Virus record (IMG/VR): IMGVR_UViG_3300021962_000056
Location: 28,532-92,531 of that record
Source of the DNA: a virus
DNA length: 64,000 nucleotides
Reading direction: 5' to 3' (one strand)
The notes under the pieces are model-generated. The model saw nothing but the letters and a program-made list of their open reading frames with translations, did no database searches and had not been told where the DNA came from. This document shows, one piece after another, positions 1 through 9,600 of the stretch. A program made the translations under genes and the position numbers. Numbering within the stretch: the stretch's first letter is position 1; every line of letters starts with the position of its first letter.

Positions 1-102
1 TGGCTGCGTCGAGTTCCCGTGCGCGGTCGATGTCCACCACAAGCACTTCGCTGGTCATCTTGTGCTTGTAGACGAACGCGACTGACAGGTTTGAGGGCAT
101 GT

Positions 103-321
103 TCACAGCTTGGCCTCCTTCTTGGCCTGTTTCCATTCACGCAAAGCGGAATCGACATCCATGCCACCCATGTGGCTTCTGTTGAACATCATCCAAACCA
201 GAATGCTGTCCCCAGCGTCCTCGATTCGTTCAATGCGCTTCTTCAACGCTTCGTTCTCTGCTCGCAGTTTGTCGCGTTCCTCAAATAGGTCGACGACCAG
301 CTTGTTGTTGAAGTCACTCAC
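103..321 (-). CDS. Small phage protein, AGD...KEAK family
   Basis: GTG start overlaps the upstream TGA after AAGGAGG. C-terminus RIEDAGD...WKQAKKEAKL. Confidence 0.75.
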   Translation of the reverse strand: MSDFNNKLVVDLFEERDKLRAENEALKKRIERIEDAGDSILVWMMFNRSHMGGMDVDSALREWKQAKKEAKL

Positions 322-551
322 GGCTTGGCCTCCTTGGCCTGTCTCCAGTTGATTCGCACCGTGACTGGTGTTTCTCGGCCTAGCCATGAGTCCAAGTCGT
401 CTCCAGCCTTCTTTAGCTTCTTGATCCGGTCCTGCAGGTACTCGACCAGCTCTTTCAGCTCGTTCACATCGGATTGAAGCTCGCGGATCTTTGTGGCCTG
501 TGGGTCGATTGTAGTCACCGTATTCGACGTTGGTATTGTGTAGTCGCTCAT
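318..551 (-). CDS. Small coiled-coil phage protein, AGD...KEAKP family
   Basis: ATGA overlap and AAGGAG RBS. C-terminus KLKKAGD...WRQAKEAKP. Confidence 0.75.
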   Translation of the reverse strand: MSDYTIPTSNTVTTIDPQATKIRELQSDVNELKELVEYLQDRIKKLKKAGDDLDSWLGRETPVTVRINWRQAKEAKP

Positions 552-739
552 TTGCACTCCTTCCATTTGAATTGATTTTTACCCGCGCAATCGACCACCC
601 ACTCAGCGTGGCCTTTCCTCACGGCTTCTTCGCGCATCATGCTCTTGCCAAGCTGATCGCCCCACAGGATTGCTAAGGACAGAAAACAACCTGCTACAAG
701 TCCGTACATGCATTGTTCTAAAAGTGAAATTCTACTCAC
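548..739 (-). CDS. Small membrane-anchored phage protein
   Basis: N-terminal hydrophobic stretch YGLVAGCFLSLAILW; GTGA-coupled. Confidence 0.7.
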   Translation of the reverse strand: MSRISLLEQCMYGLVAGCFLSLAILWGDQLGKSMMREEAVRKGHAEWVVDCAGKNQFKWKECK

Positions 740-942
740 GGCTTGGCCTCCTGCTCACGCCACAACAACAGATCCGCTCGCATAGCATCGTTCTCCTGCT
801 CTAGTTGGGCGATGCGCATATGCTGCTCCGCTAGTCGCTCCGCTGCTTCAGCGACTGCCGCGTTGGCCGCGCCATCGTCGGATTGAATATCCTGAGACAA
901 TATCCGCATGGCTGCGATTAGTGTTTCGGTTGAGGTTTTCAC
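736..942 (-). CDS. Small coiled-coil phage protein
   Basis: GTGA-coupled start (KTSTETL); ends REQEAKP. Confidence 0.7.
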   Translation of the reverse strand: MKTSTETLIAAMRILSQDIQSDDGAANAAVAEAAERLAEQHMRIAQLEQENDAMRADLLLWREQEAKP

Positions 943-1208
943 GGCTTGGCTTCCTTGGCTTTGTTCCATTGCTTGATTGCTTCGTATTCTTCATCGTCGT
1001 TATTTGCGTTCAGTATCGCATCCCCCGCCTCCTCCAGCCGACGAATCCGATCAGTCAGATTGAGGGTGTGAATATTCAGTTTACTGAACATCTCATTGGC
1101 CGCGTTGAGTTCGCGTTCGAGTTGGCGGCAGAAGTCGGCATCACAAACCTGATACATTGATTCATGCGGAAAGAATGCTTCGAGATTCGCCCTCGGTGTA
1201 TCGCTCAC
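939..1208 (-). CDS. Phage protein, MSDTPR...ERELNAAN...AGD...KEAKP family
   Basis: Coupled start with GGAGG; allele of 47839-48180. Confidence 0.75.
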   Translation of the reverse strand: MSDTPRANLEAFFPHESMYQVCDADFCRQLERELNAANEMFSKLNIHTLNLTDRIRRLEEAGDAILNANNDDEEYEAIKQWNKAKEAKP

Positions 1209-1393
1209 GGCTCGTCCTCCACTTTCACCATCGGAACAAAGTCCAGCGTGTTCTCTTCGTTGATTGCAATTCCCCAGCCGTTGCGACGGCAGAAAAGCTC
1301 GGTTGCATTGTAGACCTCCATCATCGTCTTTTTAGGCAGATAGAGAGATAGAAGCCCTTGGAACGTGATGCGGATTGTGTCTTCGTCGCTCAC
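1205..1393 (-). CDS. Hypothetical phage protein
   Basis: GTGA coupling at both ends with AAGGAGG RBS. Confidence 0.65.
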   Translation of the reverse strand: MSDEDTIRITFQGLLSLYLPKKTMMEVYNATELFCRRNGWGIAINEENTLDFVPMVKVEDEP

Positions 1394-1599
1394 GGCCGTC
1401 CCTCCTTAATGATCGCCCAAACGGCTCGCTTCTTCACGCCGATAGCCTTCGCCACGTAGGCCAAGCTCTGACCTTCGTTCCACAATTTCCAGGCGCGTCT
1501 GGCATTGAATACCGGAACCGGTGCCCGTGCTGGCACCGCAACTGGATCGGGGAAACTGATCCACCCACGGGCGACTGCGTTTGAGATGAGTGCGTTCAC
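1390..1599 (-). CDS. Small helix-turn-helix protein
   Basis: LWNEGQSLAYVAKAIGVKKRAVWAII resembles an HTH. Confidence 0.65.
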   Translation of the reverse strand: MNALISNAVARGWISFPDPVAVPARAPVPVFNARRAWKLWNEGQSLAYVAKAIGVKKRAVWAIIKEGRP

Positions 1600-1823
1600 G
1601 ATTTACCTCCATTGATTACGTTCCAGATTACACTGTGCGACCGTTTGAATTTCTTCGCTAACTCACGATAGGTGTACGTCGGATTCTTGCGCTTGGCCTC
1701 GATGATCGCTTTGCATTCGGCATCGGTCATCTGTCTCCAGGTGCCGCTGGGTTGCTCTTCGATAATCGGAACCGGTGGCTGCTTCCCGATCACACGTTCG
1801 ATGGCTTCACGGGAGAGTTTCAT
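1596..1823 (-). CDS. Small helix-turn-helix protein
   Basis: ATG at 1823; NPTYTYRELAKKFKRSHSVIWNVI is HTH-like. Confidence 0.65.
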   Translation of the reverse strand: MKLSREAIERVIGKQPPVPIIEEQPSGTWRQMTDAECKAIIEAKRKNPTYTYRELAKKFKRSHSVIWNVINGGKS

Positions 1824-2601
1824 CTTTGAGGATCCAGGTTGGGGATTGAATGATCTGGATGGAATCGCCGTTGTACCCAGGCCAGCTGTCGGTGTCTTCG
1901 CAGACCATCCACTGGCGGATCCACGACTGCCACGTGCTGGACCCCTTGTCCAAGGATTCGGTGTCCAGCTGGTACACAGCGACCGCGTAGGGCGCTTGGT
2001 CTTCGACGCAGATCCACTGCCATGCGCGTGTCTCGCCGGTGATGTCCCGGTACAGGTCACGGTAGTAGGCAGCCTGCACGTCATAGCGCAGCTGGCCAAT
2101 CTGGCGCCGGAACCCGGCCTTGCTAGCATCGCGGCATTTCTTCAGGTCCACGATTACCGGGGTCGTGTTGGGCAACCAGTCGATCAGGCCCTTGCGTTCG
2201 CAGGACTCGAACTCACCGAACATCCCGACCTGCGCTTTGCCCGGTTCCGCAAACAGGCGTCCCGCAACCGGGTGTTCGCGAACGGCCTCGACCATGCGCT
2301 CGACGGTTTCGATTGCGTCCTGCTTGAACACGGTGACGCCTCGGGCCTCCTGCTCGTCTCTCCAGCTGCGTGCCTCCTTGGTCCGGTAGTCATCGAATGG
2401 CGACGTGGTCCAGAGGTACGGCGTGCCGAGGACTTTGTGATCCAGCAGGGAGCCGATAGCCATGGCCTCGGACGGTTCGCGCTCTTCCTCAAAGCCGACC
2501 ATGGCGTGCGCCGGTGACCGCGAGAAGGCCTTAAGGCTGGAGATGTTAATCGCCGGGTGTTGGCGATACGTGTGTACGTCGATGGGGTGGACTAACTTCA
2601 C
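1807..2601 (-). CDS. PD-(D/E)XK exonuclease (RecE / exonuclease VIII-like, DUF3799 type)
   Basis: INISSLKAF..SPAH, KGLIDW, VDLKK and YDVQAAYY motifs; next to the annealing protein. Confidence 0.85.
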   Translation of the reverse strand: MKLVHPIDVHTYRQHPAINISSLKAFSRSPAHAMVGFEEEREPSEAMAIGSLLDHKVLGTPYLWTTSPFDDYRTKEARSWRDEQEARGVTVFKQDAIETVERMVEAVREHPVAGRLFAEPGKAQVGMFGEFESCERKGLIDWLPNTTPVIVDLKKCRDASKAGFRRQIGQLRYDVQAAYYRDLYRDITGETRAWQWICVEDQAPYAVAVYQLDTESLDKGSSTWQSWIRQWMVCEDTDSWPGYNGDSIQIIQSPTWILKDETLP

Positions 2602-3599
2602 AGCGCACCTCCAGCCTTCATCATTGCCCGACCAATGCCGCGCTTGTTGCGGATCACCCACTTCTTCAGGTCTTCAGTCAGATCATTCGCCGTCGGGTAC
2701 GCCTCGGGCGTCGGCCACCAGTTCAGTTCGGTGGCGAGTTTCACCAGCTGCTCGTAGGTCGCACCAACCGAGGCCAGCGTGGACTCGACGGTTTCTTCAA
2801 CCAACTCGGGCAGCGGTGCCGGGGTGGCAGGAGCCTCGACCGGTGCGGGCTCAGGCTCGGGAGCCGGCGCAGGTTCAGGTTCAGGCACAGGCACAGGCTC
2901 AGCGACCGCGATGGCTTCGGGCTCGACCTTCTTCTTGCGCGGCTTGGGCTCAGGCGGATTCGGGGTCACGTCCACAACGGAACTGGTCACGGTGGTAGCG
3001 ACAGACGGCTGCACGACCTGTTGGGCTACCTGAGTGTCGTGGATCTCTTCCGAGGTGTGCATACCCAGCGCGATCTCCGGCGCATAGGCGCGGCACCAGA
3101 ACGCAGCTGCGCGGTACTGAAGCATCTGCTCCGGCATGGTCTTCCATTTACTGCCAGACTTGCCATACCAACCCTCGGCCTTGGCCATGGCGATGGTAAC
3201 CAAGGCGCCGACCAGTTCGAGATTGCCCTCGCGCTCGACAGCGAAAGCGCGGCAGCCCCAGTCATCCGTCCCCTCTTTTCCGACCCAACGGAAACGCATC
3301 GGGGAGAACCGGCCACAGGAGTTGACGGTGGCGATCAGGAACGAGGCAGACCACGTGGGCTTGCCGTGGATTGGAACCATCGACTGCATCACGGCCATGA
3401 CAGAGGCGCCGATGCGCTGACTGAGTTCGAGCGCGATGATGCAGTTGCCGAGGTTGGCTTCGCCCCGATACGAATCAGGAACGAGCGTGCTAGACGCAAG
3501 GGCCTTCGCCATGCGTTGCACTGAGACGAACGCGTTCTCCGAAGAGAAGGCGCTCAGGGGTTGCGATTGCTGTGTTGTTGCGACTTGTAGGTTGCTCAT
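2598..3599 (-). CDS. RecT/Bet-like single-strand annealing protein
   Basis: LASSTLVP..Y, GKPTWS, SKWKTMPEQMLQYRAAAFWCR.YAPE..LGMHT.EE; Pro/Glu linker. Confidence 0.75.
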   Translation of the reverse strand: MSNLQVATTQQSQPLSAFSSENAFVSVQRMAKALASSTLVPDSYRGEANLGNCIIALELSQRIGASVMAVMQSMVPIHGKPTWSASFLIATVNSCGRFSPMRFRWVGKEGTDDWGCRAFAVEREGNLELVGALVTIAMAKAEGWYGKSGSKWKTMPEQMLQYRAAAFWCRAYAPEIALGMHTSEEIHDTQVAQQVVQPSVATTVTSSVVDVTPNPPEPKPRKKKVEPEAIAVAEPVPVPEPEPAPAPEPEPAPVEAPATPAPLPELVEETVESTLASVGATYEQLVKLATELNWWPTPEAYPTANDLTEDLKKWVIRNKRGIGRAMMKAGGAL

Positions 3600-3637
3600 A
3601 CGTCAGTCACCGTATAGCAACTGACGTCACGTGTCTA
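3600..3637 (-). promoter_or_regulatory. Promoter with overlapping palindromic operator
   Basis: Minus strand TAGACA-N17-TACGGT-N9-ATG; inverted repeat ACGTCAGT-N12-ACTGACGT at 3600-3627. Confidence 0.55.
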
Positions 3638-3643
3638 GCGTAA

Positions 3644-6600
3644 TCAGAACGAATTTTTCAGATTTGTTCGGGCATTTCTGCGAATGCGGTCTGCGTTCTT
3701 GTCGATGAAGTCCGCTGCTTCGGCAGGCGGGAGTGCCAGCAGACGCTTGGAATTCTGCTCAATGAACTTGCGATAACCCTGACCAACGGCCCGTTGGTAG
3801 GCGTATTTCTCTTCGCGGGTCATCTCGCGGCGAGTGCCGTTCTCGTTGACCTTCACGGTGATAGCAGGCGTCGGCATAAACACGCCACGACTGGCGAGTT
3901 TGCCGAGAGTGCCCCAAGCTAGATCATCTTCGCGCTCCTTGGCCCATCGACTCCACGGATACCGCTCAACCTTAACCGGCTCACCCAGCACGTTCAGGAT
4001 AGGCCCCGGCCCAATCTCGCGACGGCCGAACGGCACCTGCTGGAGGAAGTATTCGTATCCGAAGTTGCCAGCCTCAGTCTTAAAGATCGACGGATCAGAC
4101 CACGCATCGACTTCTTTCAAGATGTTGGGAACCAAAGACCCTGCTAGGCGCGAAACGTAGCGCGGGAATGACTTCTCGATGAACTCGTCGGTGTCGTACT
4201 TGTAGGCGTTGGCAAAGCCTAGAAGCTCGGTCAGACCAGAGATCGCAGTCGAATCCTTGACGATGAACATTCCAGCTGCGGCGCCATCTAGGATTTTTTC
4301 AACGATGTTTTCCTGGGACCACTTATCCGGTGAGAACAACTGGCGATCTCGGAGTTCACCAATAGTTGCAAGCACACCACCGAAGCCCAGCTGGCGGTAG
4401 GACACGTAGGTATTGCCAAACCGAATGGAATACGGCTGCCGACCTTCCGCTAGCAGCTGTTTGCGCTTGTTTGGATCGAGGGACTTAAACGAACCGGTAA
4501 TGTCGATGTTGCGATCCTCTTCCTTGTCATCATCACCGAGAAACAGAGCGCCAGCATAGATGCCAAGCGCAGTTCCAAATGCTGCCTTCGCCAAGAGAAG
4601 GTCGCGGCGCGACTCGGAAAACTTCAGACCGTATTCGCCTTCTGACCTTCCAGGTGCGGATTGGTAGTACCGAATAAACGCAACTGGGAAAGCGAAGTTC
4701 AGAATTTCGTTTGCAGAGTTTGCTGCGAACCGCAGGAAGTTTGTTCCCGACAGGACCTTGTAAAGCGTCTTGCCCTGAGCCGCTTGATCGAGACCACGGT
4801 ACAAACTCCCAAGGATTCCCTGAGGCGTTTCAGTAAACGTGGTCATCTCGCGAATATCTTTCGCGGTCAGCAAGATTTCGACGGGCAGTTTCTCTTGGAT
4901 GATTTCGCGGGTGCGCTTGTTGACGAGTTCAGGACGGGTGCCTTCGGCGATGGCTCGCGCTCGCGCCGCAGCGACCGCCTCTTTCGACGGAGTGAGATAT
5001 CGACGCGCAACCTCGGGGCCGTACAACTTGCGTAACGCGTATGCCTTGGCGGTTGAGTCAGACATCAGCGCAGTCATGTGATCAAGCGCGTTGATGAGTC
5101 GGCCAACGTACTTGAACTGACTGATTCCCTTGGCAAACAAATTGCGAGACTGACCTAGTCCTTCAAGTGCGCTTCCCGGCTGGTCAGGGTTGAAGTTGAC
5201 AGAGCGGTAAAGCTCGCCACGCCAGAGCATGGGCCAGAAGTCGCGGATGCCTTCATCGAGACCCTTAAGCGCGGAGTAGGCTACAAAGCCGGCATCCTTC
5301 TTTGCCATGCCAGCAAACATGGCTGTGTTAAGAAATCCGTTCCACACGTTTGCCCAGTTGTCCACCTGCGTGCGAACGCCTGATAGCACGGCAGCGTACC
5401 AGTAATCGCGGAGTGCATCAGAGAACCGCACACCGCCTTCGCGGGCCATGAGGCGGAACATCTGCTGGATGATCTCGTTGCGGTTGACTCCGCCTTGAGC
5501 CTGTGCCTTCTGGGCCAGGTCGGTGATCTTGCGGGCCGTGGCGCCGTTTAATTCAGCGACACCAAACTCAGGCGCCACTGCATCGCGGAACGCCTGTTCC
5601 CATAGCAGGAAGGTATCGGGACCATCCTGAATCGAGAAGCTGCCCGGGGTGGCTCTCGCAATGTTGGCGTACTTCAGGATGCGGGGGAGAGATCGGAAGA
5701 GCTTCTCGCGAACATCAGGTTTTACGTTCGGCAGCGGCACCTTCTTCTGGAACTCAGCCCGGAAGATTTGGTTCCGCTTCGTTTCCCAGGCTTTGGTCAG
5801 GAGGTTGGTGATCTCCGCAATGCCAGCAGGGCTCAGGTTGCGCAGGCGGGGGTCAGCCAGGATAACCTGAAGCATCTTCTGCCGCACGGAGCCCTGGGTA
5901 TCCAGAGCCTGAGTAAGGATGTCCTGCCACTTGATCTCGATGGGAGGGCCGTCAGGCTCGCCGGGGACCTGCTTGATCTTGCGGAACTCGCGGGCGAACA
6001 CGTTGTCCGCCTTCTTCATGGCCTCGCGAATCTGGTTTACCGCCTCGCGGCCAGATTCGGTAAGCCATTTCCGCACCTGCTCAGACTCAATCTTCGAGAA
6101 CGGAATCAACTCATCCTGACGCTTGCGAATCAGGTTGCGAAGGATCATCGCCGGCTGCGCCCACCAGAAGCGTTCCTGGGCGAGCTTGCGAGCGGCCATC
6201 GCCTTAGCAGTGACAGCACCAAGCGACTTCGCTGACTCCGCCAGTCGCTTCTCAAGGTTCAACGCTCGCAGTAGTTCGACGTCGTTCTTGGCTCGAGCGA
6301 TGTCCAACTGGTTGCGTTGGATGATTTCCCCAAGGATGTATTCCTTGAATGCGTTGTCGATGTCTTCACCTAGCACGACCTGATAGGCGCGCTCCAAATT
6401 GCCATTGAAGAAATCAACCCACTTTCTTGCCTCGGATGCCCAGTTCTCATCGGTATCCTTGCTGATGTCTCCGAGGAATAGGCCGCGAGAAGGAACGCGC
6501 ACATCCGGCGACGGCGGCTGCGGACGCTCAGGTGTGCCAGCAGGGATCTCCTGATTCGGGAAAGCCTTGATGTGCTCCTCGAAGTTTGCAGCGGTCTCCG

Positions 6601-9600
6601 GCTCGTTCTGCAACTGGACGTGGGACTTGATGTAGTCCATGCCGGCATTGCGAGCGGCCACCCATGACTTCGTGGACTGATAGATGCGCAGCGCGATCTT
6701 CGAGGCTTGGAAAACGACGAAGTTCGACAACGCGGCGACGGCCTCGAAGGCCTTGCCCCGGGGATCGGTTGCGGCGATTACCTTCTGGAGGGCGGCCTCG
6801 ACCCGGTCGGGGCGTTGATTGCGCTCAGCCTCAGCCTCAGCGGCCCGTTGTTTCCGCAGCTGGACTAGGCGACGGGCTGCTCGCTCTTCGGCATTTCTGA
6901 GAGTTTGCGAAGCAGCCGCAGCTGCTTGGCTTTCAGATCGCGCCTGTCCTGCTCCTCGAAGTTCAGCACTTCGTCGAGCAAGCTGCTCAACTTGGTTTCC
7001 GTAACCAGCTTCGGCGAGGATGCGGCGATATTCTCCATCGGCAAGAAGCGTAGCAAAGTCGGGAGTGCCCGCAATAGCTTCCTCGGTAAGCTCGCCAGCC
7101 CGCAGGATTTCAAGAGCGTTGCGGGTTTCTCCGCGCCTATCTTGAAGTTCGTATAGCGTCTTGGCCCAACTCCAGACGGTTTCCTGAACCTCCGCTGGAG
7201 TCCATTGGTCGCCGGTAAGCTCGGTAAGATACTCCGCAGTGGCGCGCACCTTTGCTGACATGGCAAGGTAACCAGTCCCTTTTCCGGGATCAGTACCTGC
7301 GGCGTTCAGGCTTCCGCTAAACATAGCCTGATCGACTAGGGCAAAGTTTGCCATCCACGCGTCGTTGGTCACCTCGTTGACCACACCACGCAGGTTCAAC
7401 ATGAACGAGTTGACCTTAGGTCCACTCAGAGTAACTGAGGTTGGATCTTCCGAACTAAGAGCGCGAACCGAGTTGTTGATCCACGCATCAAGAACGCTCT
7501 CTTCACCTTTGTTCCCCTGCACCGAACGACCCATTACCGAAACGATTGCGGCGCGATCAGTTGGGCGCCCAGCTAGGTTCCAGTTTTTCCAAACATTGAG
7601 TGCGTTTATCAGGTTGCTCTCAACGCTGGTTTGCGGGCTAAGACCTGCTAGCAACGCAGCAAATCGAGGAGCATCGACTCCAAAGACGTCGATAAGTGCT
7701 TCAGCCGATTTGCGATACCAACCCCGTTTAACTGCTCCACCAAGGGCAGCCGCAGCAAACTCAGAGACAGACGGCAGTTTGTTAAACAGATCAACAAACC
7801 GTTTCTTTGTATCCGACCGCAACTTGCGGCGTTCCTCTGGAATAAGGTGACGAGCTTTCTGCTTGTACCCGCTGAGTTTTCCGTCATCAACAATCTCTGA
7901 AGCTGAACGACCCAGAACAAGATCGGTTTCAAACTGATTCCGCACGGCCTCAAGATTAACCTTGGCAGCCTGTTTCTCGTTTAGGTTAGTGCGAATGTAT
8001 TCGATTGCTGCGTCGATTGCTTGCGTGACCGCCCTGCCAGCCCGTAGCGCGTTTTGGGCGGTGATCAACGCACCATTCCAGACGAGCGCAGGAATCCCAA
8101 GGACGGCATCGAATGTTCCGCCGGTATCAACTTTGAGGTTTTCCAGCTTGGCGATTGCTTTGTCTACCTTACCGACTGGAGCAGGTGTAGGCGCCGCCGC
8201 CGGAGCCTTCCGCCGCTTATCCAACTCCATGCTCAGGTAACCAGCAAACTCGCTGAAGGCATCAGTCGTGTCCTCGGCGCTTCCCATGGACTTCTGAACG
8301 CTGGCGATCTCAGCGGCATCTCTGGCTGTGATGTAACCGGCAGCAACGGCCTTTTTGACCATCGCACGCAGCTTGGCCGGAGATTCGAGATTCGTAATCG
8401 CGCCATCTACATCTTCGATGAATGCGGCGAGCTTCTCGTTGGGATCGGCTTGGGGTGCGGGGGTGGGCTTGGCCGGAGTGGGCGCCGGCGCGGGCGCAGG
8501 TGCAGGTGCCGGACGCTCCGCTGCGGCAATCGGCTGCGGTGCCAGCACGATAACAGCGGGCTTCTTCTGAGTTCCACCGGTGCTAGTGCGAGCCAATTCC
8601 TTAAGCTGGGCACGCACGGTCTTGCCATGTGCCCGAATCTTTTCGGGCGACATACCGGAGACCTCTACCGCCCAATCCATGAATTGCTGATCAGCCTCTG
8701 ACGGTTTCTCCTGAGCAAGGATGTAAGCGGCTCGATCGAAGTCACTGCCTAACGTCGGCAGAAACACATTGCTGCCAAAGTTGTACCGGGGAGTTGACCT
8801 CGCGAGTTCCTTCGGGAGCTTGGCAGAGTGGATTTGATCCGCAGGTGAAACGCCCTGAGCGGCAGCAGCAGGTCGCACACCTCGTTTCGCCGCCCGCATT
8901 TCAGCCTGTTTCTCTGCGGCTGACTTCCGGACTGCCGGCGCCATGTATCCTTCAGGAAGCGCCTGCGGATATTGTTTCCGGAGAAAATCAATGCGCGCTT
9001 CTGGCAGCCGATCGAGTGTTTCAGCCTTCAGCTGCTTTCCGCTTTCGGCAGCACTACGAATCATCAACCAGTATTCCAGGTTTGAGTCTTCCTGAGAAAA
9101 CTGAGCGCGAACCTCGGCCTCGGTGAGATCATTGGCCTTGGCGATTTCTTTGACCCGCTTGGTGTAGTATTGCTTTTCGGTGAGTTCTTCGTCGGGCTTG
9201 ATTGCAGGTGAAGGGGCAGGAGTCGGAGCAGGCGCAGGCGCCGGAGCAACCTCCGCCTTTACTTGCTGTACTTCTTCCGGGGTGACTTCGGCTTCGGCCC
9301 CTCCGACTTCGGCAGGCCGCCCTCCTTGATCCATTTGTCGCAATCCCACTTCGACTGGGGGTTGCGGTTCTTCTCGGCGTAGCACGCCTTCATCTGGGCC
9401 TTGTTTTTGAACGGCACTGGGTGCGGGGGTTGTGGGTTGTGTTGCAGCCGGCTCGGTACCCAATCGGGCGCGATAGGCTGCAAGAGTGATAGCACCTTCC
9501 TCGCTGAGTGTGCCGGCATCTTCGGCCGTGATCAGTTCATCGAGTTCATCCTGCTCATCGGCGGTCAGGCCGGTCTCGGTATCGACAGGTGCGGCGGGTG

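Larger units (their letters stand above)
1..1040. repeat. Copy 1 of ~1.04-kb near-identical block (copy 2 at 46901-47940)
   Basis: Direct comparison at offset 46900. First 85 nt identical, roughly 20 substitutions counted by eye, divergence after cctccagccg. Confidence 0.97.

Noticed and set aside
1-1040. Direct terminal repeat of a single genome
   Set aside because: The copies differ at roughly 20 positions, and copy 2 continues into a different phage's genes.
98-1610. CRISPR array or integron suggested by the recurring ~17-nt junction
   Set aside because: Spacing is gene-sized and irregular, the repeats are coding, and no cas or integrase gene is recognisable.
2820-2910. Short tandem repeats (also ~8460-8510, 9210-9245, 9590-9625, 26415-26490)
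   Set aside because: They simply encode Pro/Ala/Glu linkers.
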